The position numbers and the translations under genes are program-made. A stretch of 64,000 nucleotides of DNA from Octopus vulgaris. Lineage: Eukaryota. The notes below the pieces were generated by a model. The model did no database searches. It was given only the letters and a program-made list of their open reading frames with translations, and had not been told where the DNA came from. Shown one piece after another: positions 43,993 to 57,314 of the stretch (position 1 is its first letter; every line of letters starts with the position of its first letter). The stretch spans positions 17,236,001-17,300,000 of the forward strand of contig OX597838.1 in NCBI GenBank assembly GCA_951406725.2, written 5' to 3'.

Positions 43993-44720
43993 TCCTCCTT
44001 CTTTCTTTCCTTTACTGAGCGTCCAATAACACTATACTTATTCCACGTCCTCGCAGTGTTGTGTTTTTTCTTCATGTTTTCATGTTTGGATTAACTATAT
44101 ATATATACATGTATATATATCCAGTATATGTTGACTAATTGTTTACCTAAATTGAGAAGTAAATCAGTCATTAAGCTTCTATAAACTAATCTACCAACCA
44201 TGTTTCATAAATCTATTAAATACATACATACATACATACATACATACACAGACACACACAGATAAGCACGTGCGCACGTGTCCATACACACACATACACA
44301 TATATAATACCTATATCATATATAGACACATACATGTCTGCACACACACACATATATACACATGCACACAGGCGCATATACATACGCAAATACATATACA
44401 TAGTATGATAAAGATTCTGTTTGTATGATATCGCTGCTATTTGCACTGTATGACAGTATTATGGGATATAAATTATTATATAAACATATACACGATGTAA
44501 TACATCTGCCGTTTATAATATCCTTGCTGCCTGCGATGTATGATAGAGATTAATATGAGATATGAATGAAGTCGTATAAACATATTTTATGCATACGGTG
44601 CGATAAGTTTGTTGTTTATATCAATAATAAAACTGCCACTTGCACTGTGTGAAAGTATGTATGTATGTTATCTGCATTGTGTGACGGTTGGTATTCAATG
44701 TTGTATACACATGTTATGTA

Positions 44721-45289
44721 TTGGGTTGTCCGGAAAGTCCGTGCCGTTTTATAGTAGCTTACATTTCGACTTATTTTAGAACATGGTTGAGTCCATAAAA
44801 TAGGATTTGACTACACCTCCATTCAGAGCACAGTTTAAGCTATCTTTTCGTGGAAGAAGGTTGATGTTCTTATAATCTGTGTTAATTCTGTAACCCTTTA
44901 AAATGGAAGATAAGAAAGTTCATTTACGGCACTTGATGCTTTGGGAACCAGACAAAAATTGCTGCAGCTCGGTTGGGATGTGTTACCCCACCCTCCATAT
45001 TCACCAGATATTGCTCCTTCGGATTTCCACTTATTCAGGTCTCTGCAGAATAGTCTTAATGGTAAAAATTTCAATTCCTTGGATTGACGTAAAAAGATAC
45101 CTTGATGAATTCTTTGCCATGAAACCACCTCAATTCTGGGAAGGGGGTATTTTCAAGGTAAAGGAAAGATGGAGACGCATTGTGCAACGAAATGGTTCAT
45201 ATTTCCTTGATTAAAAATGCAATGGCAAGTATTTATTGACCTTTTTTTTTCCTTCAAAAAAATCGGCACGAACTTTCCGGACAACCCAA
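44721..45289 (+). mobile_element. Internally deleted mariner transposon with both TIRs and TA TSD
   Basis: TA|TTGGGTTGTCCGGAAAGTCCGTGCCG … CGGCACGAACTTTCCGGACAACCCAA|TA; encodes MEDKKVHLRHLMLWE fused to LGWDVLPHPPYSPDIAPSDFHLFRSLQNSLNGK and DEFFAMKPPQFWEGGIFKVKERWRRIVQRNGSY. Confidence 0.92.
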
Positions 45290-45318
45290 TATATATGTTG
45301 TGATATATTTATCTTGTA

Positions 45319-45676
45319 CTAGCAGTATCGCCCGGTGTTGCTCGGGTTTGTAAGGGAAATAACTATAAAGCATTTTTAGCCAAAAAATGGGAAAAAAATG
45401 ATGGTAAATTTTTTTTAGTTAAAAAGGTCGAGTTGCGTCCCCTAGACAGTCTGTGGTTTGTGTTTCTAATTCTCGACCCCATGTCGAATTTATCGATTTT
45501 TTTCAGAACTGGGGGAACTTTTCAAAATTTTCGCTGCGTTAGTTTTGAATTATGACATTGGGCTATGTGTGTGTCAAGTTTCATCAGAATCGGTTGAAAG
45601 CCGTGGTCAGGGTGAGGGTACAACCTAACAGACACACAGAAACACACACAGACAAACTGCCGTTTATATATAGAGA
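45319..45676 (-). mobile_element. Non-autonomous Helitron
   Basis: Minus strand: A|TCTCTATATATAAA start, (TGTC)-like microsatellite, subterminal hairpin CCCGAGCAACACCGGG, CTAG|T end; no TSD. Confidence 0.8.
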
Positions 45677-45947
45677 TATATGATATCTTTACTATCTGCC
45701 ACGTTTGGCAGCGTTATGCGATAAACAAACCCGATATATTAGTATGTGATAAACGTATAAATGCTATGTCAACATGAAGCTGTTCTGGTTTGAAACCAAA
45801 AAGTAGACATCGCATAGACTCAAGATCTCTTCCTTTCACTCAAGCTTACTTCTCCTCCCCCTCTCTCTCTCTTTCACGCTTACACACATACGTTCTCTCC
45901 TACTCTTATTCACGTGCATGCTATTTCATTCCTGATCTCTCCCTCCA

Positions 45948-45992
<45 letters not shown>

Positions 45993-46929
45993 AACGCACA
46001 CATATTCATGCACTTCTCTCCCGCTCTTATGCACATTATGTTCTTTTTCTTTGTTTGTTTGCTTGTTTCTTTCTTCTTTCTTTCTCTCTTTATCTCTCTC
46101 TCTGTCTCCTTTTCTTTCTCTTATTCAGGTTTCTTTGAAACACTGCACACCGCTGCATTGTTTTACACACGCACACACACACACACACACACATACACAC
46201 ACATACTCACATCACATACACACATACACACTCATACACAGAAAGGTGTTCCGTTGTAAAAAAAAAAAACTGCAAATATTCTTTTGCTAAATTGCTGGGT
46301 AAATTTCTGTGAACAAACGGTGGATATTTAAAAAGAAGACTGAGTCGTTTGGCTTATTTTAGGTTGGAATTTTCTGTTGCCTCTAAGTGATGCAAGTATC
46401 TTTATTAAGATGTCTACCGTATTTTTTTTTAGGCTGGAGACTTCGAACAGCTTGGTGATATTCCTTCGTGAATATCTTGGCTTGAAGCCTGTTTATAATT
46501 TGGCAAATTAATAAACTTTCATTTCTATAGATTTTTCTGTTAATGGTATGGAATTTGTTGTGAATTAACTTGTTTGGCGAACTCTTGGCAGATGTCTACC
46601 GTAACAGGCAGCAGAACGGAAAAAAATTTCTAGTGATAACGGGGAATGATAATGCAACAGAGAAAGGATACCGGAAAGGGAACAGCGTACACAATTTTTA
46701 GCCTATAACTCAACTAAATATAATGTTGAAGATTTTAGCCAAGGCGTTAGGTAAAAGGTTCACATTTCTGGTCTGGTCTGGCCTGGTCTGGTCTGGTCCG
46801 GAAAACGCAAGCGTGCAATTCCGAATAGATTCATCCACAACCTCCACCTGATACAATACATCATAGACAGGATTAGGACTAGAGTTGACTTCCAGAAGTC
46901 CTTTACTTGTCATTACTGCTAAAGACCAA

Positions 46930-47410
46930 TGCGGCGAGCTGGCAGAGGCGTTAGCACCCCGGGTGAAATGCGTGGCCGTATTTCGTCCTATGTTACGTTC
47001 TGAGTTCAAATTCCGCCGAGGTCGACTTTGCCTTTCATCCTTTCGCACTGGGGTCTATATAATCGACTTAATCCGTTTGTCTGTCCTTCTTTGTCCCTCG
47101 TGGGTAGTAAAGAAATAGGTATTTCGTCTGTCTGTACGTTCTGAGCTTAAATTCCGCCGAGGTCGACTTTGGCTTTCATCCTTTCGGGGTCTATAAACTA
47201 AGTACAAGTTGCGTATTGGGGTCGATCTAATCGACTGGCCCCCTTCCCCAAAATTTCAGGCTTTGAGCCTAGAATAGAAAAAAAGAAAAAAAGGCATTTC
47301 GTCTGTCACTACGTTGTGAGATCAAATTCCGCCGAGGTGACTTTGCTTTCGTCCTTTCAAGGTCGATGAAATAAGTACCAGTCAAGAGCTGGGGTCGATG
47401 TAATAGACTA
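46930..47410 (+). mobile_element. Three tandem Nin/Deu SINE units (second and third lack the A-box head)
   Basis: Units restart at G(T/C)ATTTCGTCTGTC at ~47119 and ~47294. Confidence 0.8.
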
Positions 47411-47937
47411 GATCCCTATTTATCAAACTCCTTAAACCACAAGGGGTTTGGGAATTCAGAAATATGAAACGTAGAAACATAGTTTGAAGTCGTGAAATGG
47501 TGTTCTCCTAATTTACTGGGCGAAACCGCTTGTGTCTGCTACACTTGTGTCGGTTTTCTCAGAATATATTTCAAATAGAAAACTATTTCCTGTACCATCA
47601 ATGTTTTAGATTGAACTACTTTAATTTATATTTTCCAGTACGACGAGAATTCAATGAGGAAGAAACTGGAAAAAAAAAAAATTATAATTATTTTTTAATC
47701 AATAAAGATTAATTCGTTTTTTGATACGCTCCAATTATTTCTGCCAAATTCTTACAGAATTATGGATATTTATTTGTTATTGTTATTAATTTATAGTTGT
47801 TTTTTCTTTGAGAAATGCTAAAACCTTACAAATATTTCCACTTGCTCATAATCTCAAGGGAATGATGCTGCTCTCAGACTTTTCAATATTCTATCCAACC
47901 GGAAATGGTCGAGAATTGTTACATGACACGCGCGTTT

Positions 47938-47976
<39 letters not shown>

Positions 47977-48423
47977 CGCGCGCGCGCATGTATATGTGCA
48001 GTTTCTATAAATCAAATCAACAAGAACTAAAGAAAAAAATAGGTCTCTTTTGAACATAATTGCATATTCAAAACATGGTAATATAGTTTCCCTCCCTACC
48101 CAACATATATGTCAAAAGAGAGAGAGAGAGAGAGAGAGAGAATGTTAAAGAGAAGAAGAAATAGGAAAAAAGAGTGTGAGAGGCGGCCCATCATCGTCAG
48201 CCGGTTCCCACAGGAACCATCATTTTATGACTGAGTGATGTTAATTGGAGTAACACCGCAATGAAAAAGAAAATAAAGCAGTTGACCCTTGGGCAAGAAT
48301 CGATCAGGCTTTCTTCACTGTTGGTGTCGATTGAAGCATTGAAATTTGCGAAAACGAAAGCAAAATTGTCCTGCGTAAGAGAAGTTGGTTCACACTCTTT
48401 CTTGATTTATTCAATAAATCAGT

Positions 48424-48553
<130 letters not shown>

Positions 48554-48723
48554 GTGATACACGATCCCTATTGATCGTTTTTTTCTTTTTTCTTTCTTTT
48601 TTTTACGATTCCTTTTGATCGAAAACCTACCACACTTTTTTCTCCCCCAAAAGAAAAGCTCTACTTTGTAATTTGTCCCCTCTGTTGAACACAGTGTGGC
48701 CTTGTGTGGCTAATACAGAAACA

Positions 48724-48791
<68 letters not shown>

Positions 48792-48819
48792 CAAGCAGGC
48801 AGATAGATAGATAGAAAAC

Positions 48820-48923
<104 letters not shown>

Positions 48924-49479
48924 AAACTAGATAGATAGATAAATAGATAGAAAGATAGATAAATAGATAGATATGTCTTCAAAAGTATTTGCTAAGAAAC
49001 TATGGAAAATTCTAGTTATTGAGTATGATACTAAGACACAGTACAGTACACTAATGGAATATTCATTTATTACACATTGATCCTATATAGAGGTGAAGTG
49101 TATCTCCATTTTTACCTTTTATAGAGGTGAACTGTATACCGCGTTACAGATATATCCACATTGTACTTCTTCACTTTGTTGTATTGAGTACAATATTTTG
49201 TGCAATCTGTATGACTGGCTCATATGTCCACCTCGTAACGACCGTGAGTCAGCCTATATGATGGATGCCTGTCGTTATAGTCGCATATAAAATTCTCAAA
49301 CGGTTATGGTTATCAAAACTACCGTCATTAATCTCTCTCTAACACTGGTTTCAATTTTGGCACAATGCCAGCAATTTGTGGGGGTGGGGGATAAGTCGAT
49401 TTCACTGACCCCAGTATTCAACGGGTACTTATTTTATTGACAGCCCATCCAACCACCCCAATATTATTAACGTCCAGTC

Positions 49480-49920
49480 TAAGCCAGCGAGTTGGCAGAG
49501 TCATTAGCACGCTTAGCGGTATTTTGTGGCGAGCTGGCAGAAACATTAGCACGCCGGGCGAAATGATTAGCCGTATTTCGTCTGTCGTCACGTTGTGAGT
49601 TCAAATTCCGCCAAGGTCGACTTTGCCTTTCATCCTTTCGGGGTCGATAAATTAAGTACCAGTTACGCACTGGGGTCGATGTAATCGACTTAATACCTAT
49701 GTCTGTCCTTGTTTGTCCCCTCTATGTTTAGCCCCTTGTGGGTAATAAAGAAATAGGTATTTTGTCCGCCTTCACGTTTTGTGTTCAAATTCAGCCGAGG
49801 TCCTTTCATTCTTTCGGGACCGATGAAATAAGTACCACTTGAGTGTTGGGGGTCAATGTTATCGACTTATCTCCTCCACCTCCTCCCAAATTGCTGGCCT
49901 TGTGTCAACATTTGAAATCA
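49480..49920 (+). mobile_element. Nin-SINE nested in an older Nin-SINE with a 10-bp TSD
   Basis: GGTATTTTGT at 49518-49527 and 49756-49765 brackets a complete inner copy. Confidence 0.8.
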
Positions 49921-50348
49921 ATATCAACGGCCAGTTGTGGTTATCTAAAAGCCTCCGTTCCGTTATGATTACAATAAACACCTTCCAACGTATATTTCTT
50001 CCTTCTGAAGCAAAGCTGATATTCGAAACCTTGTGTGTGGGTTTTTTTTCACTCCCCTGCCCTCCAAATCAATAAACTGCAATTTATTTTTGATCTATGA
50101 TTTCTTTCCTCTTATCACTGCTATGTTAACACAGTATGTATTGTATAGCAATATGTTAGTATTGCAGTACTTTAATTACATCGTGAAACCCATTCCGATT
50201 GACCAAACTACCAGAGTGTGTCAGCTGTGTAATTGAAGATTTGTCACATAACATTCTGTTTAATTAATTTATCCTAATTGATATTCAAATGGCTATTGTT
50301 CAGCTCCAGTCACAATATTTACTGTCTTTTCACTTAACACATCACATT

Positions 50349-50445
<97 letters not shown>

Positions 50446-50484
50446 CATACATACATACATACATACATACATACATGGATATAT

Positions 50485-50630
50485 GCCGAGGTCGACTTTG
50501 CCTTTCATCCTTTCGGGGTCGATAAATTAAGTACCAGTTACACACTGGGGTCGATGTAATCGACTTAATCCCTTTGTCTGTCCTTGTTTGTCCCCTCTGT
50601 GTTTAGCCCCTTGTGGGTAATACAGAAACA
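50485..50630 (+). mobile_element. 5'-truncated Nin/Deu SINE
   Basis: Core plus tail followed by (TA)n. Confidence 0.8.
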
Positions 50631-50864
50631 TATATATATATATATATATATATATGAATTAGAGATAAAACCACTATTATGCAACTCAAACAGTGATAGA
50701 CATAAACCAAAGCATAAATAACAAATAATATATATTTTTATAAAACATATAGCTAGATCTCAAAAAGTATAAAAATGAATGACCAATATATAATAAGTAA
50801 AAATATACTACGTACGTTTCGTGGCTACAATTAAATTCGAATTACAATTAAGTTTAAATTCAAT

Positions 50865-50951
<87 letters not shown>

Positions 50952-51111
50952 GAGAGAGATGCACACTCTTAAATGCATAGACATATACACACACATGTAC
51001 AGAAACATAAACACACAGTTATATACACATACATACACATACATAAGCGTTCCCATATATTCGTACGCATTAACATACCAGTAAATGTATTGCATAAAAG
51101 ACATACATACC

Positions 51112-51538
51112 CTCTTTACTCTTTTTTTTACTTCTTTCAGTCATGTGACTGTGGCCGTGCTGGAGCACCACCCTTTAGTCGAGCAAATCGACCTCAGGGC
51201 TTATTCTTTGCAAGCCCAGTACTTATTCTATCGGTCTCTTTTGCCGAACCGCTAAGTTGCGGGGACGTTAACACACCAGCATCGGTTGTCAAGAGATGTT
51301 GGGTGTGGGGAGGGGGACAAACACAGACACACAAACATATACACACACATATATATACATAAATATATACATATATACGATGGGTTTCTTTCAGTTTCCG
51401 TCTACCAAATCCACTCACAAGGCTTTTGGTCGGCCCTAGACTATAGTAGAAGACACTTGCCCAAGGTGTCACGCAGTGGGACTGAACCTGGAACCACGTG
51501 ATTCGTAAGCAAGAACTTACCACACAGCCACTCCTACG
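51112..51538 (-). mobile_element. Full-length OK-like SINE
   Basis: Reverse complement of the 34428-34822 type. Confidence 0.85.
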
Positions 51539-52133
51539 TATAGATGTATATTTATGTATGTATACATTTTTGCATACGCATATATACCTACGTATGCATG
51601 CCTCAGAGTGCTTTATGTATTCTCATTCCCCCACAAAAGTAACCATCTGACTTGGCCAGTTATCAATCTTTTAATGTCACATCTAACGTCTTCAAAGAAA
51701 TGGAGACGGCCATTAACAAGGACGTTCTCCAACATCTTCAAGTTCTCTCTTTCTCTAACTCTCTGTCTGTCTGTCTGGCTCACTGTTTCTCTCCTTCTCT
51801 CTCTCTTTCTCTCTCTCTCTTTCTCTTTCTCTCTCTCTCTGAGCTGAGCTGAATGACAAACATTTTGGCATCCGCATAATGTGTTTAAAATATTGATTTA
51901 TCTTTACCGAAAACGATAATATTTTTAAAAAGGGGAACCTAAAAGAATGAATATATTTCATACCTCCCTGGTACATTCATCATTTCAAGGTTGATAAAAT
52001 CTGTACCAAAGTGCTAAATAAGAGTGGCTTGATTTAATCAACTATATTTCTTGTGCCCCTCCTCGGGGCATTTAAGCAAGATTATAGGCCTCTGAGCCAA
52101 TCAATGCAGTGGCTTCGACCTTATAGTAAGGAA

Positions 52134-52517
52134 GGAAGCACTCCGTCGGTTACACCGATGAGGGTTCCGGTTGATCCGAATAAAAGGAACTGCCTGCTCG
52201 TGAAATTAACGTGTAAGTGGCTGAGCACTCCACAGACACGTGCACCCTTAACGTAGTTCTCGGGGATATTCAGCGTGACACAGTGAGTGACAAGGCCGGC
52301 CCTTTGAAATACAGGTACAACAGAAACAGGAAGTAAGAGTGAGAGAAAGTTGTGGTGAAAGAGTACAGCAGGGATCACCACCATCCCCTGCCGGAGTCTC
52401 GTGGAGCTTTTAGGTGTTTTCGCTCAATAAACACTCATAACGCCCGGCCTGGGAATCGAAACCGCGATCCTATGACCGCGAGTCCGCTGCCCTAACTACT
52501 GGGCCATTGCGCCTCCA
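52134..52517 (-). mobile_element. Full-length OR-like SINE
   Basis: Close match to 32948-33331. Confidence 0.85.
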
Positions 52518-52685
52518 CCCGACCTTATAGTATTTATAAACTGACACCAAGCTACAGCACACGTAGATCGGAATTTGGCCCCAAACCTTGTGAGGCCCCT
52601 TGGCAATTGTCTTGTGAGTCCATGCCTTCGGGTGTTACTTCCATCCGATTGAAAATGAGAAAAGAAATTGTGGCTTTGTACTAAA

Positions 52686-53137
52686 GGCGTAAGAGTGGCT
52701 GTGTGGTAGGTAGCTTGCTTACGAACCACATGGTTCCGGGTTCAGTCCCACTGCGCGGCACCTTGGGCACCTTGGGCAAGTGTCTTCTACTATAGCCTCA
52801 GGCCGACTAAAGCCTTGTGAGTGGATTTGGTAGACGGAAACTGAAAGAAGCTCGTCGTATGTATGTATGTATGTATGTATGTATGTATGTATGTATGTAT
52901 GTATGTATGTATGTATGTATGTGTACATGCTTGTGTGTCTGTGTTTGTCCTCCCAACATCCTTTGACAACCGATGCTGGTGTGTTTACGTCCCCGAAACT
53001 TAGCGGTTTGGCAAAAGAGGCCGATAGAATAAGTACTAGGCTTACAAAGAATAAGTCCTGGGGTCGAGTTGCTCGACTAAAGGCGGTGTTCCAGCATGGC
53101 TACAGTCATTTGAACAAAGTAAAAGAGTAAAAGAGAG
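52686..53137 (+). mobile_element. Full-length OK-like SINE with internal (GTAT)n
   Basis: Head, body and tail as in other copies; small internal duplication GGCACCTTG. Confidence 0.85.
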
Positions 53138-53156
53138 TATGTTACGAATTATAATG

Positions 53157-53280
53157 TACGAAAGGTATATGAAAAGCTTTGAGCCTGCAAGACCTTTGAA
53201 CCTTAAAGTCTTATACCTTCATTAGAAGTCTTGTACCATGTTGTGTTTTTAGAGGCTCAAGACTTTTCATAGACCTCGTA
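53157..53280. mobile_element. ~124 bp mariner-type MITE
   Basis: TACGAAAGGTATATGAAAAGCTTTGAGCCT vs reverse complement of end TACGAGGTCTATGAAAAGTCTTGAGCCT. Confidence 0.6.
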
Positions 53281-53686
53281 TTTTATGGTAACTGAAATAT
53301 CAGATCAGAAATAGAATATTGTGAATCGGAGCGTTCTGCGTTGAAACTGATATATAAACTGTGATTATACGAAGAGATTGATTTACATCACATTCAATGA
53401 ATAAATTGCTAAAACAAATAGGAAGGAAAAAATGTAGGACCTTATATTACGCTGCTGTGCAAAATAAACCACCCGGAAGGCATACACTTTGGAGTGCCGT
53501 TCTGCTTCTTGCGTAATGTATTGTTCTTTTATACTTATATTTGTTTCAGTCATTTGACCGCGGCCGTGCTGGAGCACCGCTTTTAGTCGAACAAATCAAC
53601 CCCAGGACTTATTCTTTGTAAGCGTAGCACTTATTCGATCAATTTCTTCTGCCGAACATCGGTTGTCAAGCGATGGTGTGGGGGCA

Positions 53687-53727
<41 letters not shown>

Positions 53728-53752
53728 ACACACACACACACACAGGTAGATC

Positions 53753-53821
<69 letters not shown>

Positions 53822-53969
53822 TTATAGCGTTGCATGAGTTTCCCATTCCTTCTGTAAATGTCTATGATGCTCGTAAGTATGCGAATCTCATGCTGATATG
53901 AGATCGGAGCAGTGTGTCCATGTGGATAAATCATACATGAACTATTGGAATCTCATTCAGGATGACCAG

Positions 53970-54175
53970 TTTCAATGCAATATTTGTCAAAAAACATAAA
54001 CCTGCAACTTACTTGCAGGATTAAAGCGGCACTTGAATATTCATAAGAAACAAACGAAAAAAATGGGGTCAATGCTGACGTAAAACATTGCTGCAGTATA
54101 TGTGATCAGCTCTTTAAACGTATTTTAGGGATCAAAAGTCATTTAAGATCTCACGATAGGAAAGAGAAATTATAG
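53970..54175 (+). pseudogene. Disrupted pair of C2H2 zinc fingers (LINE/RTE C-terminus or ZNF pseudogene fragment)
   Basis: FQCNICQKT*TCNLLAGLKRHLNIH (6-nt insertion creates the stop) and CSICDQLFKRILGIKSHLRSH (exact C-x2-C-x12-H-x3-H), frameshift between them, then stop. Confidence 0.65.
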
Positions 54176-54245
54176 GTACAAGAAGAAGTAAAGCTCTGTA
54201 AGGAGCTTCTTTTGTAGTTGTTGGATCAGAGGGATGGTTGCAGGG

Positions 54246-54376
54246 CTTACAGGCACTCCTAGACCGGTACTCCTTACAGGCGCTCCTAGACCGGTACTCC
54301 TTACAGGCGCTCCTAGACCGGTACTCCTTACAGGCACTCCTAGACCGGTACTCCTTACAGGCGCTCCTAGACCGGT
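54246..54376. repeat. 27-bp GC-rich minisatellite, ~4.8 copies (CTTACAGGCRCTCCTAGACCGGTACTC)
   Basis: Seen directly; units differ at one position. Confidence 0.95.
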
Positions 54377-55694
54377 AAGATTGATGCTCTTAATGTTCCT
54401 ATTGAATCTTTGAAATCTGTAGGAAATATGCAAGGACTTTGAGGGAATTCTTGAGAAGGGCGGGAAAAATGGAAGGATTAGTGCCGGGGACAATAAATAG
54501 TTGTTTCAACAAAAAAAATGACAACTCTGTAGACAGACAGACAGACACACATATGCATATACATATATACACACGCACATACATACACAGATACAAACGC
54601 ACACACACACATCCTTACCCACATACATACATACATACAGTAGAGCGCAAAAAAAAACGACCTAAGTCCTCAACCGGAAGCGCAGCCACGCCTGCACGTG
54701 TCCAATTAATCAAGGAGTATGTGTCTGCACACGATTACCTGAAATAAGCCGTTTCTGTAAATGTTAGCCAATGAAAGACCAGTTAATGCGGTTAGTCGAC
54801 CAGCTAGAAATAGCATTCGAATAATTAGGAGACATTACAAAATGTACTCCTAGATACATTGTGTCTGAATAAAAGACAGAATAGCCACAGCTGGAAGGAT
54901 ATTTTTAATTGAAGACATATTAATGAGTGTTGAGTTTGGTTGCAACGAGACAGCAACATTGACTGACGCATTACATAATTTAGTCCTAGATGCGCCATGC
55001 CTTAATAAATTATAAACATGGTGGTCATGGGGATATCGTCTTTCACTATATGCTTACTCATACATGTGTCACCTGAGGTTAAACAATAATAACAACAACA
55101 GCGATTTGAAATCTATCTAAAGGCTCTGAAATTTTCTGTGAATGTTCTCAGGTAATATTTAGAAGTATTCTTCTTAACGAACAAACCGTAAAAGAAATCA
55201 TTCAAGCTAAGTAAATCATTCATTCTATTCTTGCTTCCATAGCTCCGTTTTTGTTATCTTTACCAACATTGGAAGGGTTTATTCAGAACTGGAGACAATA
55301 CCTATGTTTGCATTTATCATTTAGCGTAAGTGAAACATGTTTAGAGAGCCACTGAAGTGCGAGTCACCGTCAATATCGATTGCCACCTTATACGTCGATA
55401 TTTGCATATTTATCGTATCGTAGAGCTGTGTCGCATTAATAAAACACTAAATCTACTTTTAGTTTCGCTCACATATTCCTATTATCTCCTAACCAATATT
55501 CTCGTTCAATTTCGTTCAATATATATTTCTAGTTTGTTTCAAATCGAACAAGCGTCCGTTATAGAAAACTACTTGTAAATTAGAGAGCACAAACTATCGA
55601 CAGCCAGGAATATCGTGCACATATATATGAGTGCATTTATGTATCGCATATATATTCGTGCATTTCTGTTCTAAGTATGGATAATATGTGTATA

Positions 55695-56155
55695 TTCTTT
55701 CATTTGTTCCAGTCATTTGACTGCAGCCATGCTGGAGCATCGCCTTTAGTCGAACAAATCGACTTTGCACCTATTCTATCGGCCTTTGGCCGAATCGTCA
55801 AGGGACATAAACACACCAACAACGGTTGTCAAGTGATGGTGGGGAACAAACAGACCAACACACACATACGACGGGCTTCTTTCAGTTTCCGTTTACCAAA
55901 TCCACATACAAGGCTTTGGTCGGCCCGAGGCTATAGTAGTCCCATTCCAAGGCCCAGGGTGCCTCGCAGTGGGACTGAACCCGGAACCATGTGGTTACTT
56001 ACTATTAAGTATCATATTTATTCTGTCGGTCACGTGTGCCGGACCGTTAAGTTATAGGGATGTAAACGAATCAACACTAGTTGTGAAGCAGTAGATAACA
56101 CAAACACACACTCACACACACATATATACATATATATATATATGTGTGTGTGTGT

Positions 56156-56191
<36 letters not shown>

Positions 56192-56352
56192 CGGGTTTCA
56201 CACAGTTTCCGTTTGCCAGATTCACGCACAAGCCAATGGACGGCCTGAGGCTATAGCAGAAGACACTTGCCTAGGGTGCCGCGTAGAGGAGTTGAATGCG
56301 AAACCACATAATTGCAGAACTGGAGACTGTTAACGACACAGCCATGCCTGCA
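55695..56352 (-). mobile_element. Two diverged OK-like SINEs
   Basis: 55695-55997 and 56010-56352 match the family body. Confidence 0.7.
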
Positions 56353-56504
56353 CCAATGTATGTATGTATATATGCATGTATGTATGTATGTATGTATGTA
56401 TGTGTGTATGCGTGTGTGTATGTTCCGAATTTTATTGGCCATGTCTAACTTAATATGATATTTGTACATATGTACATGAACACGCACGCGCACACACACG
56501 CGTT

Positions 56505-56565
<61 letters not shown>

Positions 56566-56684
56566 ACATGCGCGCGCATTTGTGTAAACAGAGAACAGCT
56601 TTCCTTTCGAGTAATTTGCAGTAAAAACACGACTCTCCTCAAATTTTATAAGATTTATGAGAGATATTTTATATTTCTTCATTC

Positions 56685-57068
56685 GGCGTAGGAGTGGCCG
56701 TGTGGTAAGTAGCTTGCTTACCAACCACGTGGTTCCGGGTTCAGTCCCACTGCATGGCACCTTGGGCAAGTGTCTTCTACTATAGCCTCGAGCCGACTAA
56801 TGCCTTCTGAGTGGATTTGGTAGGCGGAAACTGTAAGAAGCCCGTCATATATATATATATATATATATAGGTATAGGTATATGTATGTGTATGTGTATAT
56901 GTTTTTGTGTCTGGTGTGTTTACGTCCCCGTAGCTTAGCATTTCGGCAAAAGAGACCGATAGAATAAGTACTAGGCTTACAAAGAATAAGTCCTGGGGTC
57001 GATTTGCTCGACTAAAGGCGGTGCTCCAGCGAGGCCACACTCAAATGACCTGAAACAAGTAAAAGAGT
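56685..57068 (+). mobile_element. Full-length OK-like SINE
   Basis: Head GGCGTAGGAGTGGCCGTGTGGTAAG to tail GAAACAAGTAAAAGAG. Confidence 0.85.
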
Positions 57069-57314
57069 TCATTCGATATGGAACAATACGTTTCGTCAAG
57101 TCTTCAAGCTGAGGGTTCCAGAACTTCACAATCTCATTTCCAAATTAAACTGTTGTAATAGTGTGTAGTTCACGTGTTTTGCAGTAGGCAGCTTAGGTTC
57201 TTGAGAATACTTTATAATTAAGACGATAATCAACGTTGCAATCAAATTATGCAACAGTAAATCTTGATAGATTCCATCATATGATATAATTTTTTACATG
57301 TGAGATATATGGAT

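Noticed and set aside
48261-48378. Possible coding exon MKKKIKQLTLGQ… ending near a GTAAG
   Set aside because: No homology and no convincing acceptor or context.
54170-54493. ORF with (TGLGAPVRS)n repeats
   Set aside because: Artefact of a 27-bp minisatellite; no gene context.
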